Below are positions 34,559 through 47,637 of a stretch of DNA of 64,000 nucleotides, one piece after another. The stretch lies in the NCBI GenBank assembly GCA_001662655.1, contig KV460213.1. One strand, written 5' to 3'. Numbering within the stretch: position 1 is the first letter of the stretch; every line of letters begins with the position of its first letter. The DNA comes from Pseudogymnoascus verrucosus (Eukaryota). Made by a program: the position numbers and the translations under genes. The notes beneath the pieces were generated by a model. It did not search any database, was not told the origin of the DNA, and saw only the letters and a program-made list of their open reading frames with translations.

Positions 34559-37500
34559 TGCGAGATGTTGGTAGATGATTCGTGAAAATGCTGGTACTTT
34601 GAATGCTGAAAGTGAGAAAATGAAGTTCAAAGCTAACCAGAAAATGTCGGTGTGCGAAAAAGAGGAAAGTATCTACTGAAGAAATAAATCCACAGAAGAT
34701 ATAAGATGAGGCTTAGTATTGATGGGTACTTCAATACACAGCCAGGTGATTGTTGAGCGTGCGAATGGAATTAACAATTGGGAGTTCCTATTGTCTATTG
34801 GCGACAATTGCTATTGTCGTTTTGGCGGTGGGTGGTGGGGTGGTGCGCAAGGCTGAGGCTAACAAGAAGGCTGACCGCTGGATTTCGAGAAGGACCGAGA
34901 CCTGGGGTTGACGAATAACAACGAACTGTTTTGGCTGCGCAAATGAAAAGGCGTAATCTGACCAGCAGAATAAAATTAAGGATTATAGATTTCTCGAAGG
35001 AGTTCGAATAACAAGGCTTATGAGAGTATCGTTCAAAAAAGGAAAGGAAAAAAAAGGAATCCAACACCGGGCTAGAGATGACGAGGCAGGATATCCCAAC
35101 AGGCGGAAATGAGCGACCTTAAAAGCCTGGAGGCTTCTCAGTGCAGCTGGAGTTTGGCCTTGTTGGTGCTGAAGAACGCCTGCGTCAAACGGCGATGTGC
35201 AGGGGTTGATAGGGCGAGGCAGTGCTAAATCGGGAACCGAGGGCGCGAAGCGGGCTCCTCTTTTGGCGCTCAGCGGCAACACAAACACGACCCTGTTTGA
35301 AAGGCCACCGGTACGGAGACCCAAAACTGGAGCGCGGCAAATGAAATGAGCTCGCAAGGATGTCGTGACTGGCGATGAAGAGCGGGTATCGCGTTGGTGG
35401 CGCGGGGTTAGATGTTGTGGGAGCTGGGTGAGGTTGACGGCGTTGTGAGGCTTCGTTGGGGTATGTTCTGTAGTTCTGCTTGGCTGCGGCGAAGGATGGA
35501 TGATACAATGCAGTGACAGGCTTCGAGCACAGTTTCGATCAACGAGGGCGCTTGGGTATGATTCTGTGGGGTTTTCGTGTGTTTGAGCTTCAACAGTGAC
35601 TGTTGGTCTGGTATATCGTCTGTGAATGTCGATACACCCGTCGTGGTCAATCCTTTCAATGATGGTGGTGAGAAACGAGCAAGGTCTTACTGTCGTCGTG
35701 ACAAGACTTCAAGCATACAGCAATGAGAAAGCGATCGAGGACGACGAGGTGGGCTACGTGGTTATACTTATTCGGAAAGACCATAAGAAGGGCATTGTAT
35801 TCTGTCACCTGTTTCAATTTTACAACACCCATTATTCCATTCTTTTTCAGACATCCTGCACCCCTGGCAACGCCAACAAGGTGCCAACCCGAACTATGAA
35901 GTCTAACGACTGCCTTGTGCAGACTCGTAAGGACCTACGCCAGCTCCGTTCCCATGGTTGGCCCAGGACTCTTCGCGGCCTCTCTCGCGTGGTCCGGCAC
36001 GGAACAGGCCTGTGGGATCTCAAGAATCGGGAATAGCATGTACTCGCCTCACCAATATTAACTGACATGTACTCAGAACCACTGAATTCGGCTTGGCTCC
36101 CAGCTTCTCTCTCCTTGCTACCTAATGTCGATCATAAAATTGCAATGTATGACAACCTTGGTCCTAAGACACTATACGGCCATCTGACTGGCACACTCGG
36201 GGGCATTCAAACTACACGGGCGCAAATTACGGCTCTTCATCTACTTCACTCACATGCTTTACCTGTATCGTGACTGGATCACAGCGGACCAACAGAGCAG
36301 TGGACTGTGCCGTTTCAGAATCTAGGGGGCGCCATAAGCTGACCAGCAGGCCACCAGCTGAACGGGCATCGGACGACGACGAAAGAGTCTCGTCCAAATA
36401 ATAGGCCGTTACGGTAAGCAGAGACCTTGTCCCGCTTCGAGGTAACAATGCTGTCAAAATGTCTTACATGGCTACCTAAAGGAGCCACGCCCACGAGAGA
36501 CAGTGGAGTAGCTGGCAATAGAGTATTCCGGAGTGGCTCAGAAAGTGACGCCTCAGACCGTGGCGTAAAGTATACAAATACGCGTCGTCGATCTTTGGTC
36601 ATTTCATGCATTGTTGGCAGGAGAAGGGACAGATATTCAGCTTCGGAAGCTCAAAAGACAATGCGCCATCTCATCTCCGAACTCTTCCAGCTCGTCATGC
36701 GAGAGGAGGGCATAAAATTGCGCATTTTGTTTGCCAAATTATGAATGTTTCAAGCAAGGCTATTTACTATATCGGCCATATACCTGTGATCGCCTTCGAC
36801 ATGAGTGATGTACATGAGATCTGCCGCGTTGCGATCTCACCAAAACACGATCGCAGGGCTGTTGATTCGACACGCACCTCTATTAGGAATGCTGAAACAA
36901 GCTGGTAAACACAATGTGTTGACATGGGAAATTGGTAGGCCAGTCGCACACCGGTTTGGACAACCATCCGGATAACATGGCACGAAGATTCGCTGATAGC
37001 ATAAGCTTAACCGGATGCCAGCACACAGAAGTTATGCGCGGGCGTGTCCTGCATAGCCCTGAATTGTGACATCTCAGCCAACCCCTTTTTTGTACAGGGC
37101 GCTACGATGCATCATCTCTCCCTTTTTACCTGCAGTGGCCTAACAGAAATCAGGAGTAAGGTGCATAAGTCTTGCTGTCCCATAAAGGAGGCTTCAGGCA
37201 AGGAGGTTTCCCGAGGAGCAACTATTGAAAACCCAAGAAATAGTTTGCATACCGCGTAATCGGACAGTGAACCCCAGACCCCCAAACGAGGCTATGTCCA
37301 CCGCGGATCCGCCGTTCAAGCCACCCGCGTCGTCCCCGCCACACCAATATTTGATTCGCTAGCCTCGTCCCGTGCTGAAACAGCCACCCAACCAATCGTC
37401 CATCCCGAGCCTGTCGCTGCGCTCACGACTTCCCACGCTCGTGACGGCTATATGCCAGCTGGACAGCCGCATGATATACCCAGCTGTGCTGGCCACGAGT

Positions 37501-38654
37501 TGTGGTGTGGCCGAGGTGTGCTGCGGCGAGGCAACTTTAGGGGGTCAAGACCCTAACCCTCGAACGCTTCATGTGAAGAACGTGCTCGTCCGAGGATGCT
37601 CGTGATCGTCAACCCCTGGTCGCGCAATGCAATACTCGAGCACAATCAACGCGCAGATGTTGCACGGAGTACAATCATCCCTTAATCTCCAGACGCTTTG
37701 GAGGGGCAGTGCACCGTCTACACCACTTATCCGTTATCGCCAGGTACAAGCGCGCATCGTCCCATGATAGGCTCATTCGAGGCGAGCGCTAAGCGCCCGA
37801 ATCCTACAGCCCCTCGTTTGACGCTACCCCTCCACGCGTACATCAAGCGCCTACCTCCCCTCCACGATCTCAGCGCTTCGAGCATCCCTTATTTTCCAGT
37901 TTATTCTTGTAGAGACAGGCGAGCGTCTTCTCAAACGGCGCTGCGCTTGGGCAGGGTGGGGGCGCTTGATAGTGCCGCATGAACGAGTATTTATAGATTC
38001 GGCGCCAAGATTGGACTGTATCACAATGCAACCGTGGTTCTGGAATGTAGGCGGGTGTTTGGAAACAGACTGAGCTCTCTATGCAGAGGGTTTCAGCGTC
38101 GTCTGTTTACATCCAGGGAATGGTGATGACTAACTTACACGAGCTCTTAAAGGATATCACTCTGGTATATCGTGAATGACAGCGAAAACCAAAGCCTGAG
38201 GACCACGCAGGATGACAATTGATGAAGGTAGGCATTTGTTAAGGGAATTTATACTCTTGGGTTCATTAATATTTGGGTTTTGTGCATTATATCATTGTCT
38301 GGTAAAGGGGGGTTGTTTGCTGGTACGTTTAAGAAATAAATTATATCAGATGTTCAAAATATTATATTTTTTTCAATTTTTAAAAGCTACTAATTATTAT
38401 TCCCTCCTAGTCCGTTGATAATATTTGAGCATCAAAATGAAGCAGCGAGCACAATAGATTATTCCGGTGCTCGAGGATGATATAGAGAAGTACTTTCGAC
38501 AGGAAAGGAGGCCTGGAATAGCACCATTTTCAGTCACTCCAAGGACTGATCTTGTCACCACACCTCTATCACCACCTCCCGTCACCCCTCTAATCACAAC
38601 ATTGCTGTCACTACACCGCTGTCACCGCCACTACCACCGCCACCGTCCTTACTT

Positions 38655-39090
38655 CTACGCACACACCAAGACTGCAAACACTCTCTTCTTTCCAATCGCT
38701 GTAACCTCAGAGACCATAGAGACCAGAAACCTTTCAATGTCGACTCCAGTAGGAGTCTCTTCTGTCCTAGACCATATTATTAGCCATGCGAGCATAGGTA
38801 AGGAAAGCTAGACATACCACTTTGTTGCTTACCTCTTCTCAAGTGAGTGGAGTTGGAAGGCCACAAAGCGGTTCATCCACAATGCTAACAAGTATTCTGT
38901 CTTTCGTGAGCCTTCTGCGTTAGTAAGAGTCTTAGACACCTTCTTCAATTTAATGCGATCCCCGAAGGAATGGTTCATGATAGCTTGGATACTGCTGGTG
39001 CCGGTGACAAAGAAGGGATTTGGACGCCTCTCAAACCCCATATCAAAGCTGTCGAAGCCATCCTCAACGTCGTTGCAGTTAGATTGTATG
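38655..39090 (-). pseudogene. Truncated or degenerate two-exon gene fragment in an AT-rich island
   Basis: Protein-like frame (..MGFERRPNPFFVTG..RKTEYLLALWMNRFVAFQLHSLEKR) joined by a canonical intron 38767-38832 (GTAAGC..GCTAAT..TAG) to TEETPTGVDIERFLVSMV.., which stops early. The upstream frame is broken. Confidence 0.4.
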
Positions 39091-39837
39091 ATTAGACGCT
39101 GTCAAATGACCCTTCACTTTAGAAATTATATTTCCATAAGAGCCTTTCGATTTGCATATTCATTTATCTCCATCTCTTGCTGTCTTGAACATTTGTATTC
39201 ATATTCATACACTATTCTCCCGCATGTTTTAAGCTAGAATGCCTGGTATTTTTAGTGTGGACACCTAATAAATATAAAATAATTACTATAAGATAGAACT
39301 TGCAGTATTTATAAACTTTATCATCTGCAGTGGTAATAGAGTTGAAAATATATATTTTGTTACCTCACGACGCACGTGTAGTTCCAAGCCCTAACGAAAG
39401 TGTGTCGTCAACCGCGGGGTAGAAAAAAATATTTATCCACAGCGTCCGTACCTTGCAGGGTTACAGTACGTATATCGCATCGCGTTATCCATTATACTGT
39501 CGCGTTTATAAAATTCTATGCCGCCGACCGAAACAACTGAAATACTCTGGCTTGGAGACATTGAACTACGTCGCGGTCGTTGATTGATGTTATCTATCCG
39601 ACCCCCACCATCCCCTCCTGACTTGTCGACTGCCTCTCAGACATCCATACCGCTCGCTAAGTCAGATATCCCGAAACTTGCATTTCTTGATCAACATCGC
39701 GGCTTCTTTCTTGTCTCTTCTGCGCGTTTCTGTTTTTGCATGCGACGATGTCAGCTACTGGAAGGCAACAACTTTAAGAGGGAATTCAAGTGCGAATCCA
39801 GCCCTTTGTGATCACCGCCATAAGAACGCCCCTCAGA

Positions 39838-41360
39838 ATGGGCGCCATATTAACGAACCGACAAGCTGAAGAGCTGTACGTTTATCTTATGGGCGATAAT
39901 AGCTGAAATCTCGATTGATGCTAACTATGTATTCACAGACACAAGTCGATCATTGCATACCTATCAGCAAATAACCTACCAAACACAGCCGCTGCCCTCA
40001 GGGAAGAATTGAGTCTCGGAGATGATGTCTACGACGCAGCTACAGCAAAGAAATATGAATCGCTGCTAGAGAAGAAGTGGACAAGCGTCGTCCGGTTACA
40101 AAAGAAGGTACGCATAGAATGAAGGGTCTCCCTACAGTCTACCACACTTGACCGCCCCTCTTGGAGATCTCTCTGACCAGCTTCCCATTGCAGATAATGG
40201 ATCTCGAATCCCGAAATATAGAACTGCAATCCGAAGTCGACAATGCGACGCCTACCTCCTTATCCAAACGGAATCAAGACCCGACAGCTTGGCTTCCAAA
40301 AACACCCCCGCGACACACATTGGAATCACACCGAGACACCGTCAACTGCGTTGCTTTCCACCCCATATTCTCCTCCATTGCCTCTGGCTCCGACGACTAT
40401 ACTATCAAGATTTGGGACTGGGAGCTTGGTGAACTAGAGACGACAATCAAGGGCCACACAAGAGCAATTCTGGACCTTGATTATGGCGGGCCAAGAGGTC
40501 GTGTGCTGCTGGCATCCTGCAGCTCTGACCTGACTATCAAGCTGTGGGACCCTGCAGATGCCTACAAGAATATCCGGACTTTGCCAGGCCATGACCACAG
40601 CGTCAGTGCCGTGCGATTCATACCGTCGGGGTCATCATCTGGGAACTTGCTCGTCAGCGCAAGCAGAGACAAAACCCTAAAGATATGGGACGTCACCACC
40701 GGTTACTGCGTGAAGACACTAAACGGCCATTCCGGCTGGATCCGCGCGGTCACCCCCTCCTCTGACGGGCGTTTCCTCCTCTCAACTGGCGACGATATGT
40801 CCGCTCGACTGTGGGACATCTCGGCCTCGAATCCAGAAAGCAAGCAGGCCATGTTCGGCCACGAGCACTACAACGAGTGCTGCGCATTGGCGCCGCCTGC
40901 CTCGTATCAAAATTTTGCCACCCTGGCTGGACTAAAGAAGCCTCCACCCGCAAGTAGCACTGCCGAGTTCATGGCTACCGGGTCGAGAGACAAGACGATT
41001 AGGCTTTGGGATGCTCGCGGGACTTGCCTCATGACGCTTGTTGGCCATGATAATTGGGTGCGGGACCTCATTTTCCACCCAGGCGGGAAATACCTCTTCT
41101 CTGTATCGGATGACAAATCGCTGCGGTGCTGGGACTTGAGCCAGCAAGGAAAGTGTGTCAAGATACTTCGGGACGTACACGAGCACTTTGTCACTTGTAT
41201 ACGATGGGCGCCGGGAATTGTTAAAGGGGAGCAAGCGACAGAGGAGCAGAATGGGGGGGCCGTTGGAACGCCGAAGAAAGCGGTGGCGCCTGAAGTTCAG
41301 ATACGATGTGTGATTGCAACGGGGGGTGTGGATTGCAAGTTGAAGATATTTGCAAACTAA
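39838..41360 (+). CDS. nudF: LIS1/NudF/Pac1 dynein regulator (LisH, coiled coil, WD40); introns 39876-39938 and 40108-40193
   Basis: [17 protein letters not shown] (LisH), [20 protein letters not shown], and WD40 repeats including [13 protein letters not shown] and GHDNWV. Confidence 0.95.
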
Positions 41361-42654
41361 GGCTGCAAAATAATTATGATATCCAGGCCTACAGCATAAT
41401 ACCAAGGAGAGGCTATACCGGAATGAGAGATGGCCAGCCCGAGCCGCGGGAGGGACTAAACGGAGATAAGAAGTGTATCGAATCAACTGTGTCCTTGCAG
41501 TGGAAAGCTACTGTGCTAGGAGAGCTTCACGGGGTGATATCACGAAGAATGTACTTGAGAAGGTGGATCAGCCAACTTTGCTTCTGTGCTCTTGGCAATC
41601 GTGGAGATGCCTGTGCCAAATAGATGCGTTCAGGACCGATATACTGGATCCCCATCCCCGGAATATACCAGATCAGGACACGCACAGCAAGCCCGCTCCA
41701 TCGAAAGCCAAGCTTAGTGCAGTTCAGGACTAAGACGATGCAGGGATGGGAACACAGATTAGGATACCAGTGGCTCAGCTCAGAATGAAGTAACGAATAG
41801 CTCGAATTCTTGATTGCTGGGATAGAGACTGTGCTTGCAGTGGCTATTGTGGAAGCAACCGTGTCTCCTTCTGTAGCGGTGGGGCAGATGTCTCTTGAGC
41901 TTCAAGAGAAGGATTAGACAACTTAGATACAATGATATGCTATAAAAAAGTTGACAAGCGTGGTTTTGGACTCTGGGTGGTTAAGTAGCTGATCTGTCGT
42001 TATGTAGTAGTCTACCCCACTACGCCTAGCTTTGCCCCTTTTGCTCTTGATATAAGAGGCATTGTTTGGGATTCTAGGCGATGATGACGATGTTCCGCTC
42101 ACTATTTAAGACGCAGTATGGCCACGTCCACAAGTTGGCCGAAAGAGTTGTGATAAAGACATTTCAAACTTGGCGGAAGCTTGACACTGGCATTGCACAA
42201 AGCCATCACAGGTGATTACGTGGGCACTAAAACTGTTGGCACTTGGACAAGAAGAGTCGGTGCTAACCTCGGTGATGAGAGAAACGCGGCGACAGCACAA
42301 GCACGGTGGCGGCAGAAGCCCGTTGACAACAGAAACACGGCGATGGGAGATACACTGGCGATACGCTAATGGACTGATCTCCACTTTTCTCCAACTCTCC
42401 TTATTATGTACTAACTAAAAGAAACGATATAGCTACAAGTTGTGTAAAGTGTTCAGGACCTAATAGTACCCATTTCCCACAAACTCCTCCATTGCGCCTC
42501 AAATAACCAAACAGCCTCACGGACCCCCTTGTTGCCTTGGGCAATTTAAATTCCCCTGGTTCCTGACCAGAGATCTTGGATAGAGCCCGCAGGGCTCAGC
42601 GGTGACGGTATCCTGCCATCGTCTCACGCTGGAAGTTATAAAAAGTATAGTGGT

Positions 42655-44114
42655 TTAGTCCCACTTGAAGACGCTGCGGACTGCGAGTTTGATGCCCTCT
42701 GGCACGTTGGTTGCGTCGTCGGGGTAGACGAGGAAGGCGAGGGCGATGATGAAGTAGAGGCCGAGTAACTTGTCAATGTTAGAAACTGCACATATGTCGA
42801 ATAATGAAGGGAATAAGGGAGAACTTACCATGGCACCTTCCAGATAATTGCTCTTTCCATCTGCGATCACGTATGAGACAACGAGGACGCTTAGGAAGAA
42901 TACAACTGTTTCGAAGGTCTCAAAGTGCAGCGTCATTGGCTGACCAATGATCCACCCCAGAACCACCAAGAACGGTGTCACGAGCAGGGCAATCTGCATA
43001 GAGCTGCCAACCGCAACACCCATAGCCAGATCCATCTTATCCTTCAGCGCCACCACAATAGCCGTGACGTGCTCGGCGGCGTTACCGACGATAGGGAGCA
43101 GGATGAGACCCACAAACGTCTTTGACACGTGAACTTTGGCAACGAGGGCATCGATGCTGTCGACGAGGTAGTCGGCACAGACGGCAACGGCGAGGGTGGT
43201 AATGATCAGAACGATGGTTGCAGCCCAAGGGCTCATCTGGGGCTCCTCGGGGTTGTGCTCCTCGTCATCCATCTCGGTGCCGGCCTCGTGCTCGGCGTTA
43301 AAAAGGTTGGCGTGGGTGCGGAGCTGGAAGGCGAGATATAGGACGTATAGAATCAGCAGGATGATGGCGGTGCCGCGGGAAAGCAAGAGCATAGTGTCTT
43401 CCGTGTTGGCGCTGGACCCGGCGATGACGGTGTAGAGCGTGGCGGGGATGATTAGGGAGGCTGAGGCAAGGATGAGCAGTGACGACATTGTGCCTGCAGC
43501 TGTCGAGTTGAACGTCTGCTCGATTCCTTGGACGGTACCGGTGCGCGTGTTGTGGATGCCGCCGGCTACGAAGCAGCAGCCGAGGACGAGGAGGACGTTG
43601 GAGAGGATGCTGCCCAGCATGCTGGACTGGACGATGCGGATTTCGCCATTGCGGAGAGCAACGATGCACACCTGGGATTGGGTCAGCATGCATATTTCGG
43701 ACATCCCTTGTGATAATTATAACGTACAATGAGTTCAACGGCATTGCCAAATGTCGCATTCATCAACCCTCCTAGCGTCTGTCCCAATTTCATAGATATT
43801 TCCTCAGTCGCGAATGAGAGAACTGCCGCCAATGGCATGATGGCAAAGAAGTTGAGCGCGAAGACTGTCACTGGATCCCATCCTGACGCACCAGCAAAGA
43901 TTCCAAGCGGCACGAAGACCAGGAGGACGTTTACGTAGTTGCTCAGCAGCGTAATCTTTGTAATCGTAAACACTGTCGCAGGGTACCGGACCAATGGATT
44001 TTCGCTCTGGTCTCCAGGCGTGGAGGACTTCGCAAAGACCGATCTCCATGTATTCTCTCTAGAAGTGTTGATATTGCCATTGAGCAGGCTGGTGCGCTCG
44101 TCTTGGGCCGGCAT
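42655..44114 (-). CDS. VCX1: Vacuolar Ca2+/H+ exchanger (CAX/VCX1 family); introns 43672-43727 and 42769-42828
   Basis: Alpha repeats [11 protein letters not shown] and [37 protein letters not shown]. The 5' end may extend through an upstream exon (acceptor near 44184). Confidence 0.9.
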
Positions 44115-45903
44115 CTCGTCGGTGGCGACTCGTCTGTCGCTGTTCGATGCTGAGCGGATGAAACGCTTGAATGCTGGAGATGCTGCAATTAAAAGTCGAC
44201 GTCAGCCACCAGTCACTTATAACAGTCCGAGAGATTATTTGTCGGGAGTTGAAAGAAATATCCCCGACTATTCCGCAAACCAGGGCGGTGCTTGGCCATT
44301 TTGCGCAGCAGCACTACCACGATAGAGTAGCGGGTAATGAGGCGCTAATCACAACCAGAACTTGAAGCTGGTGGTTGACGTCTTGGTAGAGGACCCACAC
44401 GATACTGGGAGCAAGTTTCGCAGTTGTATCATAAATCTCTCATAAACTGCTCTAATCACTTGACTAGATGGCCCTCGATAGGATAAAATAAGAGGATTAG
44501 GCCTCGTAATTCTCCATGCGGACGAAATAGCTAACGTAAGGACAAAGAGGCTTTGTTGATAGTAGTGGCCGCGAACAGGGCGAACGGACTCCCCACTGGG
44601 GAATTGCAGCCCCGCCCGCTAGCACTTCCCTTACAAAGCCAATCACAACATATCCGTAGAGTTGGGTTTGCGTAGGGGGAACTTACAGGCCATATTGGAT
44701 TCGCTGCAAGGGAACGATCGGGGTTGCGATTTAGGCTCAGTCGTTGCGCGGGGAACACCTGGGAGCTGCTGCGCCTCGTTGGTTTGCGAAGTCGTCGGAG
44801 TTTGGAGACGGGCACGGAGCGGGGTGTTTATTGATGATATATCAACGGCAGGCGCCCAAGCAATTGACTAGGCTCTGTCTGATGCGTATTGCAGAGTACC
44901 ATGGGTGTATTGGTTCAGGAGAGGGCCTGAGTCGCGACAGGGTCTTGTGGGAGAATGACGTTGCGAGAGTTGGGTTTCACCGCGTAGATGAAGCTCCGTC
45001 CCGTCAGGTATGTACTCAGAGCGGATCGGCGAATGGAGAGAGGAGTTTGCCTCAGTGGCTATGACAGCCAAGAAGTTGAAATTGAAGTTGATTGATGTCC
45101 CTCTGTCGATGTGGATCGTAATGTTAAAGGGCTTATGACGGGAGGGAGAAGAGGTAGAGTTGTAGGAGAAATGGCGACCGCGCTCAATAGACCAACAGCA
45201 AGTCTGGGTGGGGACGACTTCAGCTTGCCAGGTCCATAAAGCTTGGACGATCAGTTTGTTTGTTGCTGGGCGCTTGGAAAGTGGGGTGTCGATGGATCCA
45301 CTGCACAGTCCACTTTCCTGCCAACATCTAGGCCGCACGGCGTCTGTTACGTCGACTGTACAGTACAGTACAGATTTCCGTCGATGTGTGTGTAGTGCTG
45401 CACTTGCATAAAGCTCATACAGGCCCCTCGCAGCTTAAGCTTTCAGCTCCCCTTGTCAGTTCTGCGTTATTTCACACTGGCATAGCCACACTTGGCGTTT
45501 GTTGGCAATGGAATGTGACGGCATGGGAAGCTGGAACGCCGGATATTTCACACAGGCGTCAAACGGGCTGGGGCGTATTGGTGGAACACAACAACGCTCT
45601 CCTACAGGCACGGGGAAATGTTTTGGCATGAAAGGGACACAGACATTCACAACATGTATCACAGCAGCTCCCGGGATGAGAGACGTCTGAGGATCCGAAT
45701 CCATTTATTGGTATCTATAGTATACTTTTTGCTGTCTGTTGCTCTGTAGCACTATGTGCCACCCCCAGACAATCATATTTGATAAACTTTCCCGAACGCC
45801 GTCGCTAATGCCAAAAGCTATTGGAGTCCCTCGAATCCATCCCGCGCAGAATCGATACTCCTCTGTGATCCAATGAGCTAGGTATACCCCATAGACCATC
45901 CTT

Positions 45904-46800
45904 TCAGCCTCTCAAGTGGTCAAAATCTCTCAGCAGATGCTCCATATGAACATTAGTAGTCCGGCCACCCTTCCTCGGCGGCCTCTTCTTCTTATCCTTC
46001 GCCTTTGGTGGTGCCTTCACCCGCTTGCTTGGGTCCTCGCTGGCAGGCTTTTGACCGGCCTCGATGAGCTTCCTAACGAGGTCATCCGGATCTGCCAGTT
46101 CAATGCGGTGCCACATAGTCTCAAATTCGGGTTCAACAGGATGGCGTAGCGTAGGGTCATCGGCCCAAACCATGCGGGCGTGTCCATCTTTCTTTGTTCG
46201 GGTGACCAGCAAACGATGCTGCTTCTCCAACTCAGTGATAGCATCCTCACAATCTGGCCAGCCGTCCTTGAGCTCCTTCACTGAGACACCCTGAGCATCC
46301 GCCTTCCTCTGTAAATACGCCAGAAGCTGATCTTTCGTTCGCACATTTATGATAGGTCTGTGCTGGAACTTGCCAGAATCCCACGCCTGTACTTTCTTCT
46401 TTGGGTCCGGAATCCATTCTAGCCGTCCGTGTTTCCGAAGAATCGCAGCCAGAGTACGTTTTTGCTGATCAGGAAGGCCCATAAATGACATATACTCAAG
46501 AATTTCCTTGAAGCTTTTCGGCTCTCCCTTCTTCTTCAAAAATTCAATAATGTATGTGACTTGTGTGTATGAATCGCTGCCATAGCCGGTTTCCGACGGC
46601 TGAGAGTAGACGACTGGCAGGGTCTCGCGCTTGCGCTTCTGATCTTTAGAGCTCGGAGACGGGGTGGACTGGCTCGCTGGTGATGGAGATGGAACAGATG
46701 TAGACGTTGCTGCAATGGTGCGCTTGTTGGAGACCCTCGAGGCAGCTCCCTGCACATTGCTTTTGAATGCATTCTGCGCCTTGTCGAGGTATGAAGACAT
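45904..46800 (-). CDS. TFA2: Transcription initiation factor IIE beta subunit
   Basis: VVYSQP, QVTYIIEFLK, GVSVKELKDGWPD and C-terminal TTNVHM motifs. Confidence 0.92.
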   Translation of the reverse strand: MSSYLDKAQNAFKSNVQGAASRVSNKRTIAATSTSVPSPSPASQSTPSPSSKDQKRKRETLPVVYSQPSETGYGSDSYTQVTYIIEFLKKKGEPKSFKEILEYMSFMGLPDQQKRTLAAILRKHGRLEWIPDPKKKVQAWDSGKFQHRPIINVRTKDQLLAYLQRKADAQGVSVKELKDGWPDCEDAITELEKQHRLLVTRTKKDGHARMVWADDPTLRHPVEPEFETMWHRIELADPDDLVRKLIEAGQKPASEDPSKRVKAPPKAKDKKKRPPRKGGRTTNVHMEHLLRDFDHLRG

Positions 46801-47637
46801 CTTTGCCGTCGGATATGGAAGTGAGCGAAAGATGAATATGCCGCAATTTCGGTATGCTAACTCGTCGAGGGCGCTTTGGGCGGTTGGGACCAAGGTCTCT
46901 CAAAGCCGAGGGCTTGATGTGCCTGGGGGTGGGGGAGGTTGTTTCCGCCCAAGTTCGCTTCAGACTCTCAAGCTTGAGAAGCCAGCCTCTCTCGAATCGA
47001 AAAGTTTATAATATGCACACACGTAGGCTTATGGAAGAAGATGAAGATTCGCTGGTGACCCGTTCGTGAAGAAGATCGACGTTGACAGACGAAGTGTCAA
47101 ATCCGCCTGTTGGTAGTTGGTCTGCCGAGTTGGAACAGGGTGGAGGACTCCGATAAGAGTCAGAGTCTGCCAGATGGCGTCGTATGAAGTGTAACTGAAA
47201 GTAGTGCTCGTAATAGACGTGAGTTCTTATAGAGCCTGTCGTAAGATAGTTGTGTCGTAGAGATTGAAGCCAAAGAAGGCTGGCTAGAGCCGCCTAGAGC
47301 TGCAGCCTCGCCAAATCGCGCTAGTGGAGCTTTCGACGCAACTGTTTACCGAAGGGCATACCAGCATCACAAAGGGAACCTCACTTCGAAAGCGCAAACC
47401 TGCCCTCACCATCGACAAACAGCGATCTAAGAGTGCTGGACACTGGCATTCGGGTCGCATGATGCTGGACTAGTGACAAACTTATTTTGTCTAGGAAGCA
47501 TCCATTGGTTACTCGCCAGTCTCACGATTCAACCACCTCACCTCAGACTACCGTCTCCAAGCACCACGCGAAAAATATTCCGATATATGCTCCTGGCTTG
47601 AGGTTTTTACGTCTCCTCTGGGGGGCCTGTACTGAAT

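Noticed and set aside
37537..37560. TTAGGG..CCCTAACCCT inverted telomere-like motif
   Set aside because: Too short; no array or supporting structure.
42080..42087. Box C-like GATGATGA in intergenic DNA
   Set aside because: No box D at a suitable distance and no terminal stem.
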